From positions 66,687-130,686 of the forward strand of contig CACBLW010000001.1 of NCBI GenBank assembly GCA_902540265.1: 64,000 nt of DNA. The letters are read 5' to 3'. Each line of letters begins with the position of its first letter. Within the stretch, counting starts at the first letter, position 1. Below, in pieces: positions 23,352 through 32,221 of the stretch. The DNA comes from an uncultured Alphaproteobacteria bacterium. Its GTDB lineage: Bacteria; Pseudomonadota; Alphaproteobacteria; HIMB59; GCA-002718135. Below the pieces are notes generated by a model. That model searched no databases, was not told the DNA's origin, and was given only the letters and a program-made list of their open reading frames with translations. A program made the translations under genes and the position numbers.

Positions 23352-24007
23352 TGAGCACTCAAACTGAAATTAATGAAGCACTAGTGCAATACTTACAAAG
23401 CGTAGGTTACCGAGAAGATAAAACAATTACTGAACTAGAAAATGAAACTTTAAAACTTGGTAGTGTTTCCCAAATGCAGATTGCAAAAGAACAAGGTCAG
23501 TTTTTAGAAATGATAACTAAAATTTCTAATGCTAAAAACTGTTTAGAAATTGGAAGGTTTACAGGGATGAGCACTTTGTTTTTGGCTAGAGGTATACCTG
23601 AATCGGGGAAAATCGTAACTGTTGATAATTCAGATGAATTTTTATCCTTAGCAAAAAAATATTGGGAATTAGATAATATGAGCTCCAAAATTGAATCGAT
23701 TATTGGAGATGGTGTTGAGGTAATGCAAAGCATGATAGACCGTAAACAGTGTTATGATTTAATTTTTATAGATGCTGATAAAAATAATTACCCAAATTAT
23801 TACGAACTGTCGCTAAAACTATTAGTTTCTAATGGAATAATAATTATTGATAATATGCTTTGGCACGGTGATGTGGCAGATGAAACTAAACAAGACTCTC
23901 AAACAAAAACTATACGTGATTTAAATTTAAAAATACAAAATGACACAAGGGTGGAATTCTCTCTTCTGCCTTTATCTGATGGATTATCGTTTATAAGAAA
24001 GAAATAA
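23351..24007 (+). CDS. Class I SAM-dependent O-methyltransferase (caffeoyl-CoA OMT-like, family 3)
   Basis: 218 aa. Motifs LEIGRFTGMST and IFIDADKNNYPNYYE are present. Its start overlaps the deoA stop (TAATG). Confidence 0.8.
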   Translation: MSTQTEINEALVQYLQSVGYREDKTITELENETLKLGSVSQMQIAKEQGQFLEMITKISNAKNCLEIGRFTGMSTLFLARGIPESGKIVTVDNSDEFLSLAKKYWELDNMSSKIESIIGDGVEVMQSMIDRKQCYDLIFIDADKNNYPNYYELSLKLLVSNGIIIIDNMLWHGDVADETKQDSQTKTIRDLNLKIQNDTRVEFSLLPLSDGLSFIRKK

Positions 24008-24013
24008 CAAAGA

Positions 24014-24041
24014 CTTGAATTAAACACAATCATCCCCACAT
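24014..24041 (+). promoter_or_regulatory. RpoH (sigma32)-type heat-shock promoter for hsp20
   Basis: CTTGAA (24014-24019), a 14-nt spacer, then CCCCACAT (24034-24041). This compares with the consensus CTTGAA-N13-15-CCCCATNT. It lies about 65 nt upstream of the hsp20 ATG. Confidence 0.55.
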
Positions 24042-24104
24042 AATATTTGTCTGTATGCCATTGTGGGTGCGGGCAAAATAAACTTGCTTAATAAAGGAGT
24101 TATT

Positions 24105-24542
24105 ATGACTAGAAACCTATCCGTTTGGAATTCTCTAAGACCATTCTCTGTTGGATTTGACTCAATTTTTGATGAATTTGATAGAATGTTGGAGTCTACG
24201 GAAAGATACAATACAAATTATCCACCTTACAATATTCATAGAGTTGATGAGCATAACTATAAAATTGAAGTTGCTCTCGCCGGATATAGTAAAGAAGATA
24301 TTGAGATTGAATTAAAAGAAAACAATCTAACTGTTAGAAATAAACCTAAAGAAAAAGTGGTTAATGAAAATGGTAATGGTGTAATCCATAAAGGAATATC
24401 AACAAGACAGTTTGAAAGATCGTTCACAATTTCAGAAGACATCAAAGTTAAAGATGCTGAATTGAAGAATGGACTTTTAGCGATTGATTTGGAGAGAATT
24501 ATTCCAGAAGAAAAAAAAGCTAGACTAATTTCAATAAAGTAG
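24105..24542 (+). CDS. ibpA: Small heat-shock protein (Hsp20/IbpA family)
   Basis: The alpha-crystallin domain is present (PPYNI..Y.IEVALAGYSKEDIEI, FERSF.I). I prefer the ATG at 24105, which has an AAGGAG 5 nt upstream, over the GTG at 24063 in the ORF track. Confidence 0.9.
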   Translation: MTRNLSVWNSLRPFSVGFDSIFDEFDRMLESTERYNTNYPPYNIHRVDEHNYKIEVALAGYSKEDIEIELKENNLTVRNKPKEKVVNENGNGVIHKGISTRQFERSFTISEDIKVKDAELKNGLLAIDLERIIPEEKKARLISIK

Positions 24543-24551
24543 TTTTGGATA

Positions 24552-24578
24552 GGGGCCCAAAGTGGCCCCAACATTTTT
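24552..24578 (+). terminator. Rho-independent terminator of hsp20
   Basis: GGGGCC (24552-24557) pairs with GGCCCC (24564-24569) around a 6-nt loop. A T5 run follows at 24574-24578. Confidence 0.65.
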
Positions 24579-24699
24579 AACTTTAAATTTAGAATAAATC
24601 TAATTTTATGAATTTTAACAACACTGATATTAAAAAAAAATTCATATAGATCTATATTCGTATTCTGATAATTTTTAATAAGATTCTTAATCATAGAAC

Positions 24700-24722
24700 G
24701 TGGAGATATTTATTATCTCCAC
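24700..24722 (+). promoter_or_regulatory. 5'-leader hairpin immediately upstream of the Fe3+-binding protein gene
   Basis: GTGGAGATA (24700-24708) is the exact reverse complement of TATCTCCAC (24714-24722), with a 5-nt loop. It is followed by A10, GG and the ATG at 24739. Confidence 0.4.
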
Positions 24723-24738
24723 AAAAAAAAAAGGTTAT

Positions 24739-25752
24739 ATGAAAATTATTTTTAGATTACTACTAATACTAATTGCATCCACCATTTCACTAAACTTGTT
24801 TGCCAAAGAGGTTAATGTTTATTCATACAGGCAGCCAATTTTAATAGATCCTTTCTTTGAGGAATTTACAAAATCGACTGGTATAAAGGTAAATGTTTTA
24901 CATGCAAAAAAAGGATTACTAGAAAGAGTTCTAGCTGAAGGTGAAGATACACCTGCTGACTTGGTATTAACAGTTGATATAGCAAGGTTAAACCAATTTG
25001 TTGAAAAGGATATTTTGCAACCAATTAACTCAGATATTTTGAATATGAATATTCCAAATCATTTAAGAGACAGTAATAATAAATGGTTTGCACTTTCAAA
25101 GAGAGCTAGAATTGTTGCAATATCAAAAGAAAGATTATCTACAGACTCAATTAAAAGAATAGAAGATTTATCTGATCCAAAATGGAAAGGTAAAATTTGT
25201 ACAAGACCTGGCAGCCATGACTACAATAGATCACTTTTAGCTTCAATAATTGCTGCAAATGGAGAAGTTATTGCTGAAGAATGGGCTGCAGGCGTTGTGG
25301 CAAATTTAGCACGTAAACCTGAGGGTAATGATAGAGCTCAAGCAAAAGCAATTTATGAAGGTGTCTGTGATATTGCTGTAATGAATACATATTACTTTGG
25401 AAAAATGAAATTTAATGAAAAGAATCCAGAACAAAAAGAGTGGGCTAACTCAATAGAGTTAGTTTTTACTAATCAAAAAGACAGAGGGAATCACATTAAT
25501 GTTGCTGGCGGAGGTGTAATTAAGTACTCTAAAAATAAAGACAATGCAATTGCACTACTTGAATTTCTTACTCAGCCAAAAGCACAAGTCCTTTACAGTT
25601 CTATAAACTATGAATATCCGGTTAACCCAGATATGCAATTAACTGATGAGTTAAAATCATGGGGCGAGTTTAAAGAAGATAAACTGCCTGTTGAAAAACT
25701 TGCAGAACTTGCTCCCGTAGCCCAGAAAATCATTGATAGAGTAGGCTGGTAA
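24739..25752 (+). CDS. fbpA: Fe3+ ABC transporter periplasmic binding protein (FbpA/AfuA/SfuC-like)
   Basis: The sequence after the signal peptide (MKIIFRLLLILIAS..) looks like the FbpA family (VNVYSYRQP.., TRPGSHDYNRSL, MNTYYFG). I moved the start to the ATG at 24739, because the upstream GTG lies inside the leader hairpin. Confidence 0.85.
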   Translation: MKIIFRLLLILIASTISLNLFAKEVNVYSYRQPILIDPFFEEFTKSTGIKVNVLHAKKGLLERVLAEGEDTPADLVLTVDIARLNQFVEKDILQPINSDILNMNIPNHLRDSNNKWFALSKRARIVAISKERLSTDSIKRIEDLSDPKWKGKICTRPGSHDYNRSLLASIIAANGEVIAEEWAAGVVANLARKPEGNDRAQAKAIYEGVCDIAVMNTYYFGKMKFNEKNPEQKEWANSIELVFTNQKDRGNHINVAGGGVIKYSKNKDNAIALLEFLTQPKAQVLYSSINYEYPVNPDMQLTDELKSWGEFKEDKLPVEKLAELAPVAQKIIDRVGW

Positions 25753-25769
25753 ATTATAGGTTAACTGTT

Positions 25770-27365
25770 TTGATAAATTTTAATTTATGGTCAAATTCTG
25801 TGGCGATAATTGCTTTAGTAATTATCGCTCCTATTTTTTCAATATTTTATTACGCGATCTTAGGCGATACGTCACTATGGCCACATTTATTTTCAACTGT
25901 TTTGCCCAGATATCTGACCAATACAATAATTTTAATGTTTGGTGTTGGAGGATTAAGTTTAGTCTTTGGTTTAACTACTGCCTGGATAGTGACAAGATAT
26001 AATTTTTTTGGGAAAAAATTTTTTGAATGGATGTTATTATTACCAGCTGCTGTCCCAGCTTATATTATTGCCTATACTTATACCGACTTTTTTGAATATG
26101 CTGGTCCTCTTCAATCATTGTTAAGAGACATATTTGGTTGGACAAGCACGAAAGATTACTGGTTTCCAAATGTGCGATCAATGGGAGGTGCAATTTTAGT
26201 AATGTCCTCTGTATTGTATCCATATGTATATTTAATGACTAGAGCATCATTTATAACGACACCTATATCTTTTTTTCAAACTAGTTCTATTTACGGAAGG
26301 AATTCCTTCTTCAATGTTGCTATTCCATTTGGTCGTCCAGGTATAATTGCAGGTTTGGCCTTAGTACTAATGGAAACAATTTCTGATTTTGGGACAGTTG
26401 ATTATTTTGCAATTGAAACATTAACCCTAGGTGTATTTAATGTTTGGCTAGGAATGAATAGTCTATCTGGCGCATCACAGATTTCTAGTATTTTATTTAT
26501 GATTGTTATAGTACTTTTAACTTTAGAGTATTTGGGTAGGCGTAGCAGAAAATTTCATGAAAAGTACAGTGGTGCATCTTATACACCAACCCAAACAGTT
26601 TCTGGTATTAAAAATTCACTATTGTTTTTAATTTGTCTAATACCTTTAAGTCTTGGTTTTATAATACCTGTTTCAATTTTATTGAATTTTGTAATTAAAG
26701 GTTATTCTATAATAAATTTTATTGAAATTTTTCAAATAACACTATCAAGCATATCTTTAGCATTTATTTCTTCATCATTCATTATGTTGCTCTCCTTATT
26801 AATGATTATAGTTGGAGCATATAAATCAAATAATTTCCAAAAAATTTTAATATTTTTTGCTTCTTCTGGTTACGCTTTTCCAGGAACAATTCTTGCTGTT
26901 GGAATAGTGGTATTTGTCGGGTGGCTTAATGATTTAATTTATTTTCGTATGAGTTATGCTGTTGGTGGATTTATAATTTTATTATTTGCGTATAGTATTA
27001 GATTTTTAGCTGTTGGCAATGGAGCTATTACATCAGGTATTTCAAGAATTCATCCAAACTTATTAGACGCATCAAGAACAATGGGCGTGAGTTTTTTCAA
27101 AAGCATAAGAAAAATTATATTACCCTTGCTGTATACAAATTTATTAGTTGGAGGAATATTAGTTTTTGTAGACATCTTAAAAGAACTTCCAATAACCCTT
27201 TTATTAAGACCATTTAATTTTGAGACACTAGCAACCTATGTTTATCAATATGCCTCTGATGAAATGTTGGAGGAGTCAGCATTTGCAGCTCTAATTATTG
27301 TTATTACTGGATTAGGACCGGTAATTTTTCTTAACAGAACAATAACTAAATCAATAAAAAACTAA
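25770..27365 (+). CDS. fbpB: Fe3+ ABC transporter permease (fused two-domain FbpB type)
   Basis: 531 aa and polytopic, with a duplicated permease architecture directly downstream of fbpA. The TTG start is uncertain. Confidence 0.8.
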   Translation: MINFNLWSNSVAIIALVIIAPIFSIFYYAILGDTSLWPHLFSTVLPRYLTNTIILMFGVGGLSLVFGLTTAWIVTRYNFFGKKFFEWMLLLPAAVPAYIIAYTYTDFFEYAGPLQSLLRDIFGWTSTKDYWFPNVRSMGGAILVMSSVLYPYVYLMTRASFITTPISFFQTSSIYGRNSFFNVAIPFGRPGIIAGLALVLMETISDFGTVDYFAIETLTLGVFNVWLGMNSLSGASQISSILFMIVIVLLTLEYLGRRSRKFHEKYSGASYTPTQTVSGIKNSLLFLICLIPLSLGFIIPVSILLNFVIKGYSIINFIEIFQITLSSISLAFISSSFIMLLSLLMIIVGAYKSNNFQKILIFFASSGYAFPGTILAVGIVVFVGWLNDLIYFRMSYAVGGFIILLFAYSIRFLAVGNGAITSGISRIHPNLLDASRTMGVSFFKSIRKIILPLLYTNLLVGGILVFVDILKELPITLLLRPFNFETLATYVYQYASDEMLEESAFAALIIVITGLGPVIFLNRTITKSIKN

Positions 27366-27368
27366 AAC

Positions 27369-28415
27369 TTAATTCTTAAATATGTAAGCCTGATCATTAT
27401 CAATTTCTATCTCCACTGCAGATGATTGTTTAGGATTAAAGTCAGCAGGCATGTGGCTATGAACATGAACAACTTCATTATTATTATCTAACACAGATAA
27501 ATGGATAAAACTAAATGACCCCATTAATTTTGATGCCATAACGGTTCCCTTAATTCCATTAACTGGTGTTGGTTGTTTGTTGAGTTTTACGCCTTGAGGT
27601 CTTATGTGTACCACAACTTTTTCACCTTCTAAATTTCCAGGTGTTTTAATTTTCCCAACCGGTGTGTGAATGTGTGATTCTTTAACAACACCTTCAAATT
27701 TATTTGTTTCACCAAAAAAACCTGTAACATATGAATTTTTTGGATTGTTATAGAGATCATTTGGAGTTCCTGATTGTACAATCGAACCTGATTTATCAAA
27801 AATATTTATATGATTTGAGATAAACATTGCTTCGAAAGGATCATGAGTGACTATAATTACAGACACATTTGATTTTTGTAATAGATGCAGCGTATCATCT
27901 CTCACCTCTTCTCGAAGGCTTAAATCTAAACTTGAAAAAGGCTCATCTAATAAAAGTAAATCGGGTTGTGAAATTATAGATCGTGCAAGTGCAACTCTTT
28001 GTTGTTCACCACCACTTAACTCGTGTGGGTATTTATCTAGTGAATTAGGTAATTTTATTAGTTCAATAATTTCATTAACATTATTAGTTGAATTCTTAGC
28101 ATTAGTTGGAAATCTCAAATTTTCTTTTACTGTCAAATGTGGGAATAAAGCGTAATCTTGAAATAAAAAACCAATTTTTCTTTTTTCTGTAGGTAAGTGT
28201 TTTGCAGTACTACTTACTTCTTCACCATTAATAATAATTTTACCTGACTGTACTTTTTCAAGACCTGCTATGAGCTTTAATAAAGTAGTTTTTCCACTAC
28301 CTGACGGTCCCAAAATACAAGAGATACTATCTTTATTGAGATTAAAATTAATATTATTTAAAATTTTTTTATTATTAATCGAATGAGTAAGATCTTTAAC
28401 TTCAACAGCAATCAT
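27369..28415 (-). CDS. ABC transporter ATP-binding protein (FbpC/PotA type with C-terminal TOBE-like domain)
   Basis: 348 aa with Walker A GPSGSGKTT, signature LSGGEQQRV and Walker B LLLLDEP. It converges on fbpB, with stops 3 nt apart. Confidence 0.85.
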   Translation of the reverse strand: MIAVEVKDLTHSINNKKILNNINFNLNKDSISCILGPSGSGKTTLLKLIAGLEKVQSGKIIINGEEVSSTAKHLPTEKRKIGFLFQDYALFPHLTVKENLRFPTNAKNSTNNVNEIIELIKLPNSLDKYPHELSGGEQQRVALARSIISQPDLLLLDEPFSSLDLSLREEVRDDTLHLLQKSNVSVIIVTHDPFEAMFISNHINIFDKSGSIVQSGTPNDLYNNPKNSYVTGFFGETNKFEGVVKESHIHTPVGKIKTPGNLEGEKVVVHIRPQGVKLNKQPTPVNGIKGTVMASKLMGSFSFIHLSVLDNNNEVVHVHSHMPADFNPKQSSAVEIEIDNDQAYIFKN

Positions 28416-28436
28416 AAAATACCTATTACACTAAAA

Positions 28437-29348
28437 TTAAACTTGGGGAAATTTATCTAAAATTTCACTTTCCCATTCAAGAAACTTTTTTGATCTATTA
28501 TCAGGACTTGGATGTGATCCCATAAATTCAGGCACCCTTCCTTCTTGACCTGCCATCATTCTTTGCCATAATTTAGCAGGTTCTTTAATATTAAATCCAG
28601 CAAGATTCATAAATCCCATACCTAAATAATCAGCTTCACTTTCCATTTTTCTACTAAATGGAAGAAAAATACCATACTTAACCACTGAGTTGTAAACATT
28701 ACCACCTACGTTACCAACTCTAAAAGATTTATTTAAAAGTTCAGCGTATTTACTTCGCGATATTCCAATTGTTGCCATTTGCATCATAGATGCTTGGGTT
28801 AATTTTTCAACAGTGTGTCTAGCAAATGCATGCGCAATTTCATGGCCCATCACTGCAGCAATCCCGTCATCATTTTTGCAAACAGGAAGTATACCAGTGT
28901 AGAAAGCAATTTTTCCACCAGGCATACACCAAGCATTTTTTGTTTCAGACTCAATTAAAGCAAATTGCCAATTGAAATTTTCTACAGGATTTTTTTCACG
29001 CTTATTAAGATAAAATGTATCTAGAGAGGTATAAATTTCTTTTCCAATTTCTTCAATTTTTTTAGATTCATCTGTGTTATCTAATAAAATTTTATCTTCT
29101 TTAGCTTTTGATAAAAATTTTGAATATGTTTTCTCAACTTCTTGATTTAAAGATCTTTCATTGGGATAAATTTTTGGAGTACCAAGAACACCACCTCCCA
29201 TTAAAATTATAGGTAGATTGCTATCATATAAATTTAACTGACTTCGATTTGTTAATGGTACTTGTGTACAAGAAGGTAAAATCATCGAACCACATAAAGA
29301 GCAACTTGCGCCAAAAACAAAGCTTCTTCTGTTTATTCTTGCTTCCAT
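28437..29348 (-). CDS. M48-family Zn metallopeptidase, probable lipoprotein
   Basis: 303 aa with an HEIAHAFARH (HExxH) motif, a downstream SEADYLG motif and an N-terminal signal with Cys. Confidence 0.8.
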   Translation of the reverse strand: MEARINRRSFVFGASCSLCGSMILPSCTQVPLTNRSQLNLYDSNLPIILMGGGVLGTPKIYPNERSLNQEVEKTYSKFLSKAKEDKILLDNTDESKKIEEIGKEIYTSLDTFYLNKREKNPVENFNWQFALIESETKNAWCMPGGKIAFYTGILPVCKNDDGIAAVMGHEIAHAFARHTVEKLTQASMMQMATIGISRSKYAELLNKSFRVGNVGGNVYNSVVKYGIFLPFSRKMESEADYLGMGFMNLAGFNIKEPAKLWQRMMAGQEGRVPEFMGSHPSPDNRSKKFLEWESEILDKFPQV

Positions 29349-29377
29349 ATTATTATTATATAGGTAATTTTATTTAT

Positions 29378-30358
29378 ATGAATATTTTTAATTCAGTTAA
29401 AAAAGCAGAAATTCATGTTCATTTAGAAGCAACCATAACGCCAGATTTATGTAAGAAATTTGCCAAACGTAATAATTATGAAATACCTGAAGAAATGTTT
29501 GGCTCAAAGTATGCATACCAATGGGATGATTTTTATGATTTTATAAAAAAATATGACATCATTACTTCTGTCATACATACGCCAGAAGATTATTTTGAAT
29601 TAACGTATGAATATTTAAAAGATTGTGCAGCTAACAATGTTCTTTATGTCGAAGCGATGATTTCCTCAACTCATGCTAAAGAAAAAGGGATGACCTATCA
29701 TTCTTTTATTGAAGGAGTCTATGAAGCTTCCAAAAAAGCTGAAGAAGATTTTGGTATTGTTTCACGTTATATAATGAATGGGATCAGACATTTAGGACCA
29801 GAGTCAGTACAAGGAACTGCAGAGGAAGTTTTAAATAATCCCCATCCTTGTTTAGTTGGTTTTGGTCTGGCTGGGGATGAATTGCATTTTCCTCCAAACT
29901 TATTTGTTGAAACATTTGATATGCTAAAAAAAGAAAATTTTCCAATTACGGTTCATGCAGGTGAATGGGATGGTCCTGTAAATATAAGAAATGCTATTAA
30001 CCTTCTGCATCCAACAAGATTAGGCCATGGTGTTCGATCAATAGAGGATCCTGATTTAGTTAAAGAAATAATTGATAAAGATATTATTCTAGAAACTTGT
30101 CCAACAAGTAATATTGCAACTAAAATTTATAAAGATTATGTAGATCATCCTGTGAAAACATTATTTGATCAAGGGGTAAAAGTAACAGTGAATTCTGATG
30201 ACCCTCCTTTTTTTAATGCAACGATAAACGGTGAATACAAAGTCATGGAAAATTTAGGCTTAAATGAAAAGGAACTAACCTCCCTTACTCATAACGCAGT
30301 TAAATATTCTTTTTGTGATGAAGAAAATAAAACTAAATTATTAGCTAAATTAAACTAG
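29378..30358 (+). CDS. add: Adenosine deaminase
   Basis: KAEIHVHLEA, TVHAGE and VNSDDP motifs are present. I use the ATG at 29378, because the ORF-track extension from 29249 overlaps the M48 gene. Confidence 0.9.
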   Translation: MNIFNSVKKAEIHVHLEATITPDLCKKFAKRNNYEIPEEMFGSKYAYQWDDFYDFIKKYDIITSVIHTPEDYFELTYEYLKDCAANNVLYVEAMISSTHAKEKGMTYHSFIEGVYEASKKAEEDFGIVSRYIMNGIRHLGPESVQGTAEEVLNNPHPCLVGFGLAGDELHFPPNLFVETFDMLKKENFPITVHAGEWDGPVNIRNAINLLHPTRLGHGVRSIEDPDLVKEIIDKDIILETCPTSNIATKIYKDYVDHPVKTLFDQGVKVTVNSDDPPFFNATINGEYKVMENLGLNEKELTSLTHNAVKYSFCDEENKTKLLAKLN

Positions 30359-31319
30359 ACAATTTTACTAAAGGTCTTGCACCATAATGCGAAATAATTT
30401 CCGCAGCAGCAATTGATGCATAATTACCGCATTCATCCATTGCTTTCCCTTTAGAATAACCAAATAAAAAACCAGCTGCAAATAAATCTCCAGCTCCAGT
30501 TGTATCTACAACTTTTTCTACTTTTTTTGCAGCAACTTCAGTGATGTCATTACCAGAAACAATAACTGATCCACTACTTCCTTTGGTAATAGCAGCAATT
30601 ATATTTAATGATTTTGCATATTCTAAACCTTCTTCAAAACTTTCTGTTTGTGCCATTGCTTTGATTTCATCTTCATTAGCAAAAAGAATATCAACATTCT
30701 CAGTTATTAATTCTTTAAAAGAGTCTCTGTGTCTATCAACACAAAAAAGGTCAGATAAAGTAAATGCAATTTTTTGATTATCGGCTTTGCAAATATCCAC
30801 CATTTTTTTCATAGCTTTTTTTGCATTTTCATTGTCCCACAAGTAGCCTTCCAAATATGCAATCTTATGATTTTTAATATCATCCTCTTTTATATCTTGA
30901 GGTCCTATTAATGTTCCAGCACCAAGAAAAGTACACATTGTTCTAGTTCCATCTTCTTCAACAAAAATTGTACAACATCCAGTTGAAATATCAGGAGATG
31001 TAAATCCCAATGGAAATTTTAGTCCTTCCCGGATCATATCTTTTTGAAGGTATACTCCAATTTCATCATTTTTAATTTTTCCAATAAAACTTCCATTACC
31101 GCCAAAAGAGGTAATACCAAACATGGAGTTACCAAGGGAACCTCCACCAGCCATCTCTCTGATGGAATAACTTTCATGCAAATTATTTTTTAAATTTTCA
31201 TCAATAAGATTCATAGAATCTCTATTAATTTCATGTTTTTCAATTTCACTTTGATTGGAAGGAATTATGGCATCTACCATAGCATTTCCAATTCCAACTA
31301 CGTCTAATTTATCACTCAT
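30345..31319 (-). CDS. PfkB-family kinase, adenosine kinase-like
   Basis: 324 aa with a GGG..N anion hole and the C-terminal DTTGAGDLFAAGF motif. It lies next to add. Confidence 0.75.
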   Translation of the reverse strand: MSDKLDVVGIGNAMVDAIIPSNQSEIEKHEINRDSMNLIDENLKNNLHESYSIREMAGGGSLGNSMFGITSFGGNGSFIGKIKNDEIGVYLQKDMIREGLKFPLGFTSPDISTGCCTIFVEEDGTRTMCTFLGAGTLIGPQDIKEDDIKNHKIAYLEGYLWDNENAKKAMKKMVDICKADNQKIAFTLSDLFCVDRHRDSFKELITENVDILFANEDEIKAMAQTESFEEGLEYAKSLNIIAAITKGSSGSVIVSGNDITEVAAKKVEKVVDTTGAGDLFAAGFLFGYSKGKAMDECGNYASIAAAEIISHYGARPLVKLSSLI

Positions 31320-32200
31320 TTTTGTTTAATAATTATTGGTACTAATTGTACTATAATGACTCCAACAAATATTGCAAGGCATCCAAGTATTTTTTGTGTG
31401 TCTAAAACTTGATTTAAAAGTATCCAACCTGCTATTGCAGCAAAGACTGACTCCATTGATAAAATAATAGCAGCAGGAGCAGGATTAGCTTTATGTTGAG
31501 CAATAATTTGAAGTGTATATCCAATGCCAGCAGAAAAAATACCTGTATATAAAATTTCAAACCATTCAATTTGCATATTGGAGAGCTTTGGTTCCTCCCA
31601 CATAAAAGCTAAGATCATAGATAAAATAAAAACAATTAAGTACTGAATACTTCCAAATAAAAAAGGACTGTTAAGTTCTTTCATAAAAATATCGATACAA
31701 ATAATATGTAAGGCAAAAAATAAAGCAGCAATAAACAAGAGTGAATCTGATTGTTGAATTTCAACTGATTGATTAGAGGACAAAAGATATGATCCATACA
31801 AACAAAGTAAAATGGCAATCCAGATAATCCAGTGTACCTGTTTTTTAATTATGAATCTTGAAATTATACCAACAAAGGGAACGTAAAGAGTGCTAAGAAA
31901 AGCAGCATTTGATATTAATGATTTTTGTAAAGCGTATTGTTGAAGACCCATACCACCAAAAAGAAAAAAACCTGTAGCTAAACAAAGATAAATTTTTTTT
32001 CTATCACTTAATATTTTAACAATATTTTGTTGTTCTAGATAAATCGCAAATGGAATTACTGTTAAAAAAGCAAAAAAGAATCTTCCAAAGCTAAAAGTAA
32101 AAGGACCTATGGCTCCCATTCCAGTAGTTTGACTGACAAAAGCTGTTCCCCATATAAGTGAGGCAATTAACATGAGTATGTTAGCTCTTGTATGACTCAT
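31316..32200 (-). CDS. DMT-superfamily (EamA) transporter
   Basis: 294 aa, 10-TM-like, with a duplicated EamA pattern. Confidence 0.8.
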   Translation of the reverse strand: MSHTRANILMLIASLIWGTAFVSQTTGMGAIGPFTFSFGRFFFAFLTVIPFAIYLEQQNIVKILSDRKKIYLCLATGFFLFGGMGLQQYALQKSLISNAAFLSTLYVPFVGIISRFIIKKQVHWIIWIAILLCLYGSYLLSSNQSVEIQQSDSLLFIAALFFALHIICIDIFMKELNSPFLFGSIQYLIVFILSMILAFMWEEPKLSNMQIEWFEILYTGIFSAGIGYTLQIIAQHKANPAPAAIILSMESVFAAIAGWILLNQVLDTQKILGCLAIFVGVIIVQLVPIIIKQK

Positions 32201-32221
32201 AAAAATATTTGATTACTTATT

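Noticed and set aside
24063-24104. N-terminal extensions suggested by the ORF track (hsp20 GTG 24063; fbpA GTG 24700; add 29249; TIGR02300 protein 37700)
   Set aside because: In each case an internal ATG has a better RBS or family-typical N-terminus. The extensions overlap a neighbouring gene, a promoter or a leader hairpin.
24257-24694. 145-aa minus-strand ORF overlapping hsp20 and its terminator
   Set aside because: It is antisense to a clear alpha-crystallin gene and runs through the GC-rich terminator hairpin. It has no RBS and no recognisable family.
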